Origin: a bacterium
GTDB taxonomy: Bacteria > Patescibacteriota > Patescibacteriia > Patescibacteriales > GWE2-39-37
DNA length: 64,000 nt
Assembly (NCBI GenBank): GCA_037146995.1
Contig: JBAWWA010000001.1
Location: 9,072-73,071, forward strand
Direction of reading: 5' to 3'
The stretch's first letter is position 1, and every line of letters starts with the position of its first letter. Made by a program: the position numbers and the translations under genes. Positions 8,629 through 17,253 of the stretch are shown here, piece after piece. A model generated the notes under the pieces. That model was not told the DNA's origin. It worked only from the letters and a program-made list of their open reading frames with translations, and did no database searches.

Positions 8629-10461
8629 TCATGATTTCATTAAACTAACAGACCAGGAATTAACAATATTCTGTGTATTTACAACCCAGTCATCGGAGTT
8701 GCTAATACTATTTGCACTTTCAGCAATATCGCTAATTAAATTTTCCAAACTGTTGTGCGTGAATTTTTTATTCGCCTCACGGACTTGTTTGAGTGTTTTT
8801 AATAATTCAACAAATTGTTTTATTGTCAGCGGTGCAATTTTTTGTTTACTACCTTTATAACCAACTGTGTTGGCTACATAGAAAGTTTCAGCACTGTCAG
8901 TATGGATTGTTGGTGCAATGAAAATACAATAAGCGTTGGAATGTGAATTTTCAAACTCACGTAAATGTCGCATAACTGGCTGTCCTTCATTAAACCATTG
9001 ATCACGCCCATTCAACATTGTAACTTCACAGATCATATTAAAGTTATCATAAAAACATTCTATATCAGCCATACCGCCAGGGGCAGTAGATGTCGGTTCA
9101 TTATCATCTCCAACTGGGTAATTAGGTTTAATTTCCTTCGCATCATTAAGAGCATGAAGTCCCATTGTTGATAGATATTCAAGCATTAAGGCACGATTTT
9201 CAAATTCAAAAATGCCTTCCAATTGCTCAATGTACTGAGCAATTGATGAAACAGGTTGAGATTTGATATGATTGTCTTTTTCTTGCAACTCCTTACGAGT
9301 TTCTCGCAAACCATTAATGTATAACCCTATATCATTTTCAGACATTACTGATATGTCTTCCTCGCTTTTAATTGCCAAACCAAGGTTATTCTGCAATTCA
9401 ATTACATCTTTATAGACATCACGAGCAATTTTAGATAATTTATCCTTTGTTTGCCAAGGCAATATAGGCAAATTATCGTCAGACATATAGGAAACATATT
9501 CGCTTCTATCTGCAAAATGCTTTGGTTTATAAAATTCACTTTCAAACAAAGCTTCGATCTCAGTGCGACGATTTGACTCCAAGTCAATATAAAAACCATT
9601 GCCACGAATACGGATAAACTTTGTTAGACGGAAATATCTAATTGCGTTGTCTCCATAATCCTTCAGATTTTTGAGCAGTTTATCGATTGCAGCCTGTTTG
9701 CTTGTGCCTAAAAAGTTAGTTGCGAATTGATTACGATAATTATCTCGAATCTCTTTTCTTTCTTGCTTTGTTTTTCCTTTTTGTAAAGCTCGCAATTCAA
9801 CAATTTTCTCTGCATAGTTTTCAATATCCGCATACTTAACCAATGATGGAACAAATAATGAGAACTCTCGTTTACTAATTCCAACTACATTATTTCCTTT
9901 GCCTGCTTCAATTCTATTAACTTCACTTATTAACTTAAGAGTTGCAACAAAAGGAACGATACCGTAATCGCCTTCATCAGGAAAATCATTACTGGCCGGG
10001 TTTGGTATCTGCCATTTTATAAACGACTTTAGAAATACATCACCAGCGTCTTTTTCGCTAGCTATGAGCTTCTTTCCAAGATCTGTTATTTTAACTATGC
10101 CATTATCTATAATTACAAATCCAAATTTTGTTAGAGGATTTATTGATTGACGACCACGCATTGCAAATTCCGTATAATTCTTCAATTTTATAATCTTATC
10201 TACCGTATTGTCATCAATTTCTCTGTCAGTATCATTTATCAATTTTACAATATCTGCGGTTAACCCATTATAAAATTGTGTATTACCAAAACCATATAGA
10301 CGATTCTTGATTAAAAGTTTTTGATAATTTTCCTGATTAGCATTGTCCCAAGTTTTATCTTCAAGAGGTTTTAAGGCAACCAAAAAATCCCTCAGACGCT
10401 CTGGGTTTCTAACAGTTGTTGTAATTGACCATGCTTTCAACATAATTTCAGTATGCCACAA
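8629..10461 (-). CDS. Type IIS restriction endonuclease, AlwI/PleI/MlyI/N.BstNBI family
   Basis: 610-aa ORF. From memory it is collinear with N.BstNBI: DVFLKSFIKWQIPNP (cf. DVFLKQLVKWQYPSF), AIRYFRLTKFIRIRGNG (cf. TRYFRYTGLFVARGNQ), and the catalytic part ADIECFYDNFNMICEVT...YCIFIAP (cf. DMEIIYEDFIVLGEVT...YCLFIAP). It starts 3 nt after the methyltransferase stop. Confidence 0.8.
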   Translation of the reverse strand: MWHTEIMLKAWSITTTVRNPERLRDFLVALKPLEDKTWDNANQENYQKLLIKNRLYGFGNTQFYNGLTADIVKLINDTDREIDDNTVDKIIKLKNYTEFAMRGRQSINPLTKFGFVIIDNGIVKITDLGKKLIASEKDAGDVFLKSFIKWQIPNPASNDFPDEGDYGIVPFVATLKLISEVNRIEAGKGNNVVGISKREFSLFVPSLVKYADIENYAEKIVELRALQKGKTKQERKEIRDNYRNQFATNFLGTSKQAAIDKLLKNLKDYGDNAIRYFRLTKFIRIRGNGFYIDLESNRRTEIEALFESEFYKPKHFADRSEYVSYMSDDNLPILPWQTKDKLSKIARDVYKDVIELQNNLGLAIKSEEDISVMSENDIGLYINGLRETRKELQEKDNHIKSQPVSSIAQYIEQLEGIFEFENRALMLEYLSTMGLHALNDAKEIKPNYPVGDDNEPTSTAPGGMADIECFYDNFNMICEVTMLNGRDQWFNEGQPVMRHLREFENSHSNAYCIFIAPTIHTDSAETFYVANTVGYKGSKQKIAPLTIKQFVELLKTLKQVREANKKFTHNSLENLISDIAESANSISNSDDWVVNTQNIVNSWSVSLMKS

Positions 10462-10464
10462 AAA

Positions 10465-12453
10465 TCAGTAATTTGTAATAAGCACCTCTATTGTTTTATT
10501 GTTTTTTGCAGTAGAGTGATAATTTGAATTTTTGTAGTCATAGTTTAATTGATGAACCCTATAACCATTCTTTTTTGCCCAATTTTTCATTATTTCATTA
10601 GTTTTGCCTTTATGATCTAATACATTTGATAAAGCAAATCTAATCCCTTTCTTGTCCAGTCTCGTTAAGAGTGCATATAAATCCTTCTCGTCCTTCTCCT
10701 TCCATCCTCCCATTTCGTTATAACTAGCGAGTCCTAGTAAATATGGTGGGTCAAGATAAACAAAGTCATCCTTTTTTAATGACATTTTTTCAACATCACG
10801 GAAATCGCAATTTTTGAATGCTATTCTTTTCTCATTTGATACTTGATTGAAAGCGACAACGTTTTTCCTTGAGCTTCCATTATAGTCACGTTTTCCTACT
10901 GGTAAATTAAAATCACCATTGGAATTAAATCTAATTTGATTATTGAAAGAATATAAAACAAGCACCAACAACAAATCAATTCTTGTTTTTTCTTTATTAA
11001 ATTCGCTACGAAGCCTTAGGAAAGCATTTTTATTATATTGTCCAAGACCAGATGAGCTATCAACGTTGTAATACTCATAGCCCTTTATATAGCTTTGACT
11101 TAAACCAAATTTATCTATGATGTCAATAACTTTTTGATTCAAATCTTCAAAATTATCATTTTGTATTAACTTCAATAGACTTACTACATATCGATTTTTT
11201 TCAATGCAAACTATATTTTTTGCTGTTGCATTAATCCCAACATTTGCACCACCAGAAAAAACATCATAAAAAGTTTTTATCTCTTTTGGGAATAGTTTTG
11301 CTATTTGTGGTAAAAGTTTATGTTTTCCACCTGTATAGTTTAGTGGGGATTTTACAAAGCCAACTTGGACAGGATTATTTTTTGAAGCAATTACAGACTT
11401 ATTGCTTTTAGAGACAATATTCACTTTACACAAAAATATACGCTCTTTTAGATCATCTTTACTTGATTTCCCAGTAGTAAACTGCTTAAAATTAGTCTCG
11501 AAAATCTTCACTTCACCTCGCCGTTTTAATGCAGACAAAATTTCGTGATCACTGATACGTGATTGCGATCGAGCATTACCAGACGTCCCCATATCATTAT
11601 AGGAAACAAGGATGTATTTTGCATTAATGTTGTCTATCAAATCGCCAAATGCAACACCTGCTGATTTCATGTTGTATTTACTCTTGATATGAGAGCGGTC
11701 AATCTTTTTTGCAACACCAAAAACCTTTTCCTTTTTCCAGCTAGCGATGTTTTCTAGCAAATGATAAGCATCCGAGTACTGTCTAGAATTATATGGCGGA
11801 TCAATATAAACAACGTCTGCCTTTATTTTTTTTACCAATTCATTAGCGTCATCTTTATAAATTTCAGCAGAATAGCGAGAGTTTGTTATATCAAGGGGGA
11901 GTAGGAATAGTTTTTTATTTGGAATATCGATTTTTCTATATGCGTCATAGTGGCCAACCGTGTTGGCAATTTTATCAAATGCGTAAATCAGAGATGTTAG
12001 TAAATAAGATTTTTCTCTCTGGGTAATTATTTTTTCTTCAAATAATTTTTCAATATCATCTCTTATAATCCCTATCTTTTTAGCATTTTCTGCGTCAAAA
12101 TAAGTATCTGAAAAATTTTTTGAAAAATAATTTTCACCGTATTTTTTGATTTCAATCTCGTTATAGTGCTTTAATCGTTCTTTTAACTTTTCCTCCCTGA
12201 TCAAATCCTTTCCAAAGAAAGCTGTATATACGTGAGAATTCGAATCTAAAATATCATTTACAATAATCTTTGATCGATTATAAAAATGATTTGCAACAGT
12301 GCCAGTTCCAGCAAAAATATCAGCAAAAGAATTAAACTCCACATTCTCAACCTCAAGTATACTATCTATAAATGATAGCAACTTAGTTTTAGAGCCAAGA
12401 TAGCGTCTTTGAGTTATACAAATTTTTTTATTTCCAAAGTATGCATCGTTCAT
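10465..12453 (-). CDS. Fused two-domain N6-adenine DNA methyltransferase (two Dam-like/D12-class halves), cognate of the Type IIS endonuclease
   Basis: 662-aa ORF. Each half has its own SAM-binding motif (FADIFAGTGTV; FYDVFSGGANVG) and its own DPPY catalytic motif (VVYIDPPYNS; FVYLDPPYLL). This fits an enzyme that must methylate both strands of an asymmetric site. Confidence 0.85.
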   Translation of the reverse strand: MNDAYFGNKKICITQRRYLGSKTKLLSFIDSILEVENVEFNSFADIFAGTGTVANHFYNRSKIIVNDILDSNSHVYTAFFGKDLIREEKLKERLKHYNEIEIKKYGENYFSKNFSDTYFDAENAKKIGIIRDDIEKLFEEKIITQREKSYLLTSLIYAFDKIANTVGHYDAYRKIDIPNKKLFLLPLDITNSRYSAEIYKDDANELVKKIKADVVYIDPPYNSRQYSDAYHLLENIASWKKEKVFGVAKKIDRSHIKSKYNMKSAGVAFGDLIDNINAKYILVSYNDMGTSGNARSQSRISDHEILSALKRRGEVKIFETNFKQFTTGKSSKDDLKERIFLCKVNIVSKSNKSVIASKNNPVQVGFVKSPLNYTGGKHKLLPQIAKLFPKEIKTFYDVFSGGANVGINATAKNIVCIEKNRYVVSLLKLIQNDNFEDLNQKVIDIIDKFGLSQSYIKGYEYYNVDSSSGLGQYNKNAFLRLRSEFNKEKTRIDLLLVLVLYSFNNQIRFNSNGDFNLPVGKRDYNGSSRKNVVAFNQVSNEKRIAFKNCDFRDVEKMSLKKDDFVYLDPPYLLGLASYNEMGGWKEKDEKDLYALLTRLDKKGIRFALSNVLDHKGKTNEIMKNWAKKNGYRVHQLNYDYKNSNYHSTAKNNKTIEVLITNY

Positions 12454-12749
12454 ATTTTTAGAATAGCATAATTTTGCAATTTATGTAAATTAACTAGGTT
12501 AAATTCAGATAAAAATGTATCGATAAAAAGACCGATTCCCTGACGGTGGGGTCGATCTCTTGAACTTTTTCACTCGTGCTTCCACAAACCCTTGTTTTAA
12601 GAATTTAAATACCCTACAATAAATAAACAAAAACTACCGCTGTGTCTCCGTATTGCTCAAATCTGGGATGTAAAATACCTCCCCAGACTCCCGAATTGCA
12701 GTTCCAACGTCCATCACGATGGTGCACATTTATTTTCGTTAGCAAGGCC

Positions 12750-12779
12750 TTGCATATTACTCATCAATAATTGTATAAT
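12750..12779 (+). promoter_or_regulatory. Sigma-70-type promoter upstream of hsp20
   Basis: TTGCAT (12750-12755), an 18-nt spacer, then TATAAT (12774-12779). It lies 25 nt upstream of the hsp20 ATG. Confidence 0.5.
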
Positions 12780-12804
12780 ATAAAAGTAGTTTTAAATTTT
12801 AAAC

Positions 12805-13227
12805 ATGAGTTTTCTAAAAAAATCTAACAAAAAAAATAGTGAACTTCTAAATAATGCCTCGACCGATCAAGGTGAGTGGCTCAAAGATGATTTCGAGGAG
12901 GGGCAGTTATCTGTTGATGTCTATCAAGACGAGGATCACCTATATGTAAAATCAACGATAGCTGGGGTAAAGCCAGAAAATATCGACATCGCCATTAATT
13001 ACGACATGTTAACAATTCGTGGCACGCGTGAAGAACAGTCTGTGGTGAGCGAGGAAAGCTATCTATATAAGGAGTGCTACTGGGGCTCTTTTTCCAGATC
13101 AATAATTCTACCATTTGACGTTAGAACGGAAAAAATTGACGCGACACTTGAAAACGGCATCCTAACAATCATGTTACCTAAGGCCAAGAAAAATAAACAA
13201 ATCTCCATCAAGGTAAAAGAAATATAA
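12805..13227 (+). CDS. Small heat-shock protein, Hsp20/alpha-crystallin family
   Basis: 140-aa ORF with an alpha-crystallin domain: LSVDVYQDEDHLYVKSTIAGVKPENIDI...GSFSRSIILPFDV...ATLENGILTIMLPK. Confidence 0.9.
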   Translation: MSFLKKSNKKNSELLNNASTDQGEWLKDDFEEGQLSVDVYQDEDHLYVKSTIAGVKPENIDIAINYDMLTIRGTREEQSVVSEESYLYKECYWGSFSRSIILPFDVRTEKIDATLENGILTIMLPKAKKNKQISIKVKEI

Positions 13228-13439
13228 TGGATATCAAAATAACTGTTGAAAAAATAAACAACGATTTTACTTCACTCAAAACTGAAGATGGACTACTTAT
13301 AAACTGGCCAACCAATAGACTGCCAAAAAGTATTCAGCTTGGTCAATTTTTAGTTTTTAATATCACTGATCACGGTCAAAAAGCAGAACCAGAAAAACTA
13401 GCCAAAGAATTATTAAACGAAATCCTCAATATAGAATAA
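13227..13439 (+). CDS. Small hypothetical protein, translationally coupled to hsp20
   Basis: 70-aa ORF whose ATG overlaps the hsp20 stop (TAATG). No confident family. Confidence 0.55.
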   Translation: MDIKITVEKINNDFTSLKTEDGLLINWPTNRLPKSIQLGQFLVFNITDHGQKAEPEKLAKELLNEILNIE

Positions 13440-13441
13440 AT

Positions 13442-15322
13442 ATGTTACGTCGAATCATTCGCCACGAACCGCCGGCCTGGTTGCTAATAACAGCAATCAT
13501 TTTTTTTATTTCAATTTTAAGCCTTTCTGGCCTAATCGTGGCCTTTGAAAATAACTACAAAGATAAATCTTATCCGGGAGTATTTATCGGACTTGTAAGT
13601 GTTGGGGGGCTAACCGAAGATGAGGTTAGACAAAAAATTAACAATCAAATCGATAAAATTAATACCGAAGGTATTGAATTTTCTTACAATCAAAAAAACT
13701 ATAAATTCTACCCCCTTACCATTTCAAACGACGCTGATGTCGCCAATAATTCAATCGATTTCGACGTCGACAACATGGTAAATGGCGCAATGTCAAAGGG
13801 TAGAAATCAGAACTTTGCTCAAAATTTACTCGTACAAATGACTGGGCTTATTTCCAACGTTGTAATTGAGCCAACCTACACAATCAATAATAACGACGTT
13901 GAGGCCTTTATTAGGCAAAATTTTGCTAAAGACTTTAGTCAAAGCCAAGATGCAAAGTTGAAATATAGTAATAATCGATTCATTATCGAACCAGAAAAAA
14001 TCGGAGACGACATTGATCTCAGTAATGCGCTAAATAGCCTAGACAAATCATTGCTAAATTTTGAAAACCAAAAAATAACAATCTCCAAAATCATAAGCGC
14101 ACCGCAAATCAAATCAACCGATCTCGCTGAAAACCTAACCTTGGCCAATCAGTATCTAGATCTTGCACCGATAAAATTAACTTATCTCAAAAAAAATTGG
14201 CCGATAGATAAATCAGAGCTAGGCAAATGGCTTGCATTCGAAAAGCACAACGGCCTAATACAAATAACTCTCAATGCCAGTACGACGGAAAATTTTTTAA
14301 AGAAAAAAATCAATCCAGAAATTGAGGTTAAGATGAGCGAAGCCCGCTTTGATCTCAAGAACGGCAAAGCAACCGCCTTTTCAACCGCCAAAAATGGTTT
14401 AGAAGTAAATGCAACTGCTACACGAGCCAAAATCGAGACAGATTTTTTAATGAATAAACTTACTTCGATAGAAATCATCACCAAGATTATTGAGAGCTCC
14501 GTAAGCTCGAGCACAAGCGCGCTTGACCTCGGTTTGAAAGAAGTTGTCGGCACCGGTAAATCAAATTTTTCCGGCTCATCAGCAAGCAGGCGAACAAATA
14601 TCCGAGTTGGCATGAGCTATTTAAATGGCCTACTCATTGCCCCAGGGGAAACATTTTCAGTCATGAAGAAATTAGGCAATATTGACGGCTCTAAAGGCTA
14701 TCTTGAGGAATTAGTTATCAAGGGTAATGAAACCAAAAAAGAATACGGTGGTGGCTTATGTCAGATTGGCACAACCATGTTCAGGGCAGCCTTAGCTTCT
14801 GGCTTACCAATCGTTGAAAGACGTAGCCACTCTTATCGTGTTGCATATTATGAACCAGCTGGCACGGACGCGACAATTTACGATCCATCCCCTGATCTAA
14901 AATTCTTAAACGATACTGGAAATTACCTACTAATCCAAGGCAAGATGAGCGGCAATAATTTGTCATTTGATTTTTATGGCACCAAGGATGGTCGTAAAAT
15001 TGAACAAACCTATCCAAGAATCTACAATATCGTCAAGCCTGCTCCTGGCAAGCTAATAGAAACCCTAACCCTTCCAGTTGGTCAAAAAAAATGCACAGAG
15101 AAAGCTCACAATGGCGCTGACGCGTCTTTCGACTACAAGGTCACGTATTCAGGCGGTGAAATAAAATCAAAAAAATTCTCATCTCATTATGTGCCCTGGC
15201 AAGAAGTGTGCTTGATCGGTGTGAGTAAGTTAAGCACGGCTAGCTCGACAGGTAACAGTACTGGCTCCATAAGCACTTCAACAAATACCACCAACAGTCT
15301 TGCGACTACGACCAAAAAATAA
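13442..15322 (+). CDS. VanW-domain protein, membrane-anchored
   Basis: 626-aa ORF with an N-terminal TM anchor (WLLITAIIFFISILSLSGLIVAF). C-terminal VanW core GGGLCQIGTTMFRAALASGLPIVERRSHSYRVAYYEPAGTDATIY, then a Ser/Thr-rich tail. Confidence 0.85.
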   Translation: MLRRIIRHEPPAWLLITAIIFFISILSLSGLIVAFENNYKDKSYPGVFIGLVSVGGLTEDEVRQKINNQIDKINTEGIEFSYNQKNYKFYPLTISNDADVANNSIDFDVDNMVNGAMSKGRNQNFAQNLLVQMTGLISNVVIEPTYTINNNDVEAFIRQNFAKDFSQSQDAKLKYSNNRFIIEPEKIGDDIDLSNALNSLDKSLLNFENQKITISKIISAPQIKSTDLAENLTLANQYLDLAPIKLTYLKKNWPIDKSELGKWLAFEKHNGLIQITLNASTTENFLKKKINPEIEVKMSEARFDLKNGKATAFSTAKNGLEVNATATRAKIETDFLMNKLTSIEIITKIIESSVSSSTSALDLGLKEVVGTGKSNFSGSSASRRTNIRVGMSYLNGLLIAPGETFSVMKKLGNIDGSKGYLEELVIKGNETKKEYGGGLCQIGTTMFRAALASGLPIVERRSHSYRVAYYEPAGTDATIYDPSPDLKFLNDTGNYLLIQGKMSGNNLSFDFYGTKDGRKIEQTYPRIYNIVKPAPGKLIETLTLPVGQKKCTEKAHNGADASFDYKVTYSGGEIKSKKFSSHYVPWQEVCLIGVSKLSTASSTGNSTGSISTSTNTTNSLATTTKK

Positions 15323-15343
15323 GCTAATAATTATATACAAAAA

Positions 15344-15371
15344 ACCTCACAAATAAATGTGAGGTTTTTTG
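15344..15371 (+). terminator. Rho-independent terminator after the VanW gene
   Basis: Hairpin CCTCAC-aaataaat-GTGAGG followed by TTTTTT. Confidence 0.75.
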
Positions 15372-15386
15372 CTTGAGGTCAACAAA

Positions 15387-15481
15387 AGCGGGTAGGCAAG
15401 AAAATTTTCGTTAGGGGAAACTCAGTTCGCACCAAATTAAACCTAACGATAAATCCCCATGCTTGTCGTGCCTAGCCCGCT
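15387..15481. ncRNA. Candidate structured RNA of unknown class (strand undetermined)
   Basis: A locally GC-rich element in an AT-rich intergenic region. An 11-bp closing helix gcgggtaggca (15388-15398) pairs with tgcctaGcccgc (15469-80, one bulged G). An inner 7-bp helix cgttagg (15409-15) pairs with cctaacg (15442-48). GGGGA/TCCCC offers an alternative or pseudoknot pairing. I could not match it to SRP, tmRNA, RNase P or a riboswitch class by eye. Confidence 0.3.
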
Positions 15482-15731
15482 CCTGGTGAGCTCTAATTAC
15501 TCGTCTCTTGAAAAACGATTTTATACCTTATCACACCTATAAGTTTTTGTCAAGAGTGGTAGACAATTAAAAATTAAAATAGCTAATATTAAATAAAAAA
15601 TTTAGTATAAAAACCGCTTTTAATAGTTTACTACTAGCCCGAGCCGTTTTTCTACATAAATAAAACACCAAATTCAGTCTATTGCGTGTAAACTATTTTT
15701 CAGATATACTAAGCTTATTACTAAAAGAGTT

Positions 15732-15938
15732 GTGAAATCAAAATCGATGGCCAGCAAACACAAACCAGCAACCAAAAAAGTTACGGTCAAGGGTTCAGTT
15801 AAAAAAACCATCAAAAAGGCCATTAAAAAGGCTGCCGAAAAAACTACGGCCAGAAAAATTTCAGTTAACAAAATAGTAAAAAAATTAAATTTACAAAAAT
15901 CAACCAAAAGAAGCAATTCTATTGCAGTAAAAAAATAA
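15732..15938 (+). CDS. Small Lys/Ala-rich basic protein (histone H1-like composition)
   Basis: 68-aa ORF from GTG at 15732 (ATG at 15747 gives a shorter form): ...KHKPATKKVTVKGSVKKTIKKAIKKAAEKTTARK.... A strong bidirectional terminator follows it. Preferred over the antisense ORF 15674..15916. Confidence 0.5.
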   Translation: MKSKSMASKHKPATKKVTVKGSVKKTIKKAIKKAAEKTTARKISVNKIVKKLNLQKSTKRSNSIAVKK

Positions 15939-15995
15939 GACTATATTTGCGTTTAACTTCCCGTACACAAATATAATATTTTATAGATAATAAAA

Positions 15996-16021
15996 AACCT
16001 GATCATGATCAGGTTTTTTTG
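15996..16021. terminator. Bidirectional rho-independent terminator (Lys-rich ORF on +, endonuclease Q on -)
   Basis: Palindrome AACCTGATC-at-GATCAGGTT flanked by an A-run on the left and a T-run on the right. Confidence 0.75.
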
Positions 16022-16038
16022 ATTCAAAAGTGACGCAT

Positions 16039-17253
16039 TTAACAAACTCTGACCTCACCATACTGTCCATCATAACCAGATGTAAGTCTCACATCACCCA
16101 TTCTAACCCTTGAAATACTGCGAGCAACGTCTTTGCCGGCGATTGCCTCAATCGATTTCAATTCACTGTTTAATAAAATCTCCAGCTCCGGTCCGAGCAC
16201 TTCAATCATGTTCAGATAAATTCGCTGCACTCGAAGGCTTTGCCGGCTTTTTATTTTCAACGTCTGTGCGATTATCTTATCAAGACTCACTATTTTATTA
16301 AACATGGGCACTGCTGTCTTATTGCCAACTTGGCGATCAGATAATTCAGCAACTCGACTTGCCACGCCCACAACCACAGGTTTACCACAAACCTTGCAAA
16401 TTCCCCTGTTTTCTTTGCTTACGACTGGATCATAACAAACACCACAGGTCCGATGACCATCAAAATGATACATTCCCTCTTCTGGATAAAACTCAATCGT
16501 GCCAACCAACTTGGTTTTGTCATTAACTTCTAGCGCTTCGTATATTTTATCGTAGGTCACGTTATCAATTTCTAAAATATTAGCCTCCCTGCCGATATTA
16601 TCAAGCGAATGAGCATCTGAATTAGAAATTACCGAGTAATCATCCAACATAGTCACTTGAGAATTCATCAACGGATCACTGGATAAGCCCGTCTCATAAC
16701 TATGAATATGGATAATTTCATTCTCGAAGCATTCCGCTAATGAATCGAAACCCGACTTTGAGCCAAGCGCTGAAAACCAAGGCGTCCAGATATGAGCAGG
16801 ATAAATGATGAATTTTGGATCAATTTTTTTAACCAACCTCACAAAATCAGGGGCAGACATACCCAAGATCGGACGTCCATCACTGTGCAAATTAAATTTC
16901 TTCGAAAGCTCTGCATTTAATGCGTTCGCTGAAACCAAGCTCGGTGCATGCAACACAAGATGAATACGCCTGACGCGCACTTGATCTTTATAGATTAGGG
17001 AAACCTCAGTGGTAAGCGTGAATTTAACTGTATCATTAGCACGCTTCTTAAGTCTAAAAAGTCCAGAATTTTTCTCTGTCTCAGTTAAATTATTTTTAAT
17101 CTCCTTGATCCATGCCGGGTGAGTGAAATCACCTGTTCCCAAAATACTCACCCCTTTAGTACGCGCTGCCGTCTCTAAATTATCCAGGTTTAAATTTTTT
17201 GAACACGATCGCGAAAACCTAGAATGTATATGAAAATCTGCAAATAGACGCAT
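16039..17253 (-). CDS. Endonuclease Q (PHP-domain, zinc-finger DNA repair endonuclease)
   Basis: 404-aa ORF. From memory it is collinear with Pyrococcus EndoQ: DFHIHSRFS (cf. DLHIHSHYS), ILGTGDFTHPAWIKEI (cf. LVGTGDSLNPHWEKEL), PAHIWTPW, SNSDAHSLDNIGRE, Cys4 finger CGVCY...CKVCG, and the C-terminal SGYDGQYGEVRV. Confidence 0.85.
   Translation of the reverse strand: MRLFADFHIHSRFSRSCSKNLNLDNLETAARTKGVSILGTGDFTHPAWIKEIKNNLTETEKNSGLFRLKKRANDTVKFTLTTEVSLIYKDQVRVRRIHLVLHAPSLVSANALNAELSKKFNLHSDGRPILGMSAPDFVRLVKKIDPKFIIYPAHIWTPWFSALGSKSGFDSLAECFENEIIHIHSYETGLSSDPLMNSQVTMLDDYSVISNSDAHSLDNIGREANILEIDNVTYDKIYEALEVNDKTKLVGTIEFYPEEGMYHFDGHRTCGVCYDPVVSKENRGICKVCGKPVVVGVASRVAELSDRQVGNKTAVPMFNKIVSLDKIIAQTLKIKSRQSLRVQRIYLNMIEVLGPELEILLNSELKSIEAIAGKDVARSISRVRMGDVRLTSGYDGQYGEVRVC

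Noticed and set aside
4501-9605. Small nested ORFs 4501..4707, 6396..6632, 8965..9171, 9402..9605
   Set aside because: They overlap longer, better-supported CDSs in other frames or strands, and no motifs were recognised.
15674-15916. 80-aa hydrophobic minus-strand ORF antisense to the Lys-rich ORF
   Set aside because: It is the complement-frame shadow of a Lys(AAA/AAG)-rich gene, which reads Phe/Leu-rich. It has no start context or terminator on that strand, whereas the plus-strand ORF is followed by a strong terminator. Confidence in either ORF remains moderate.
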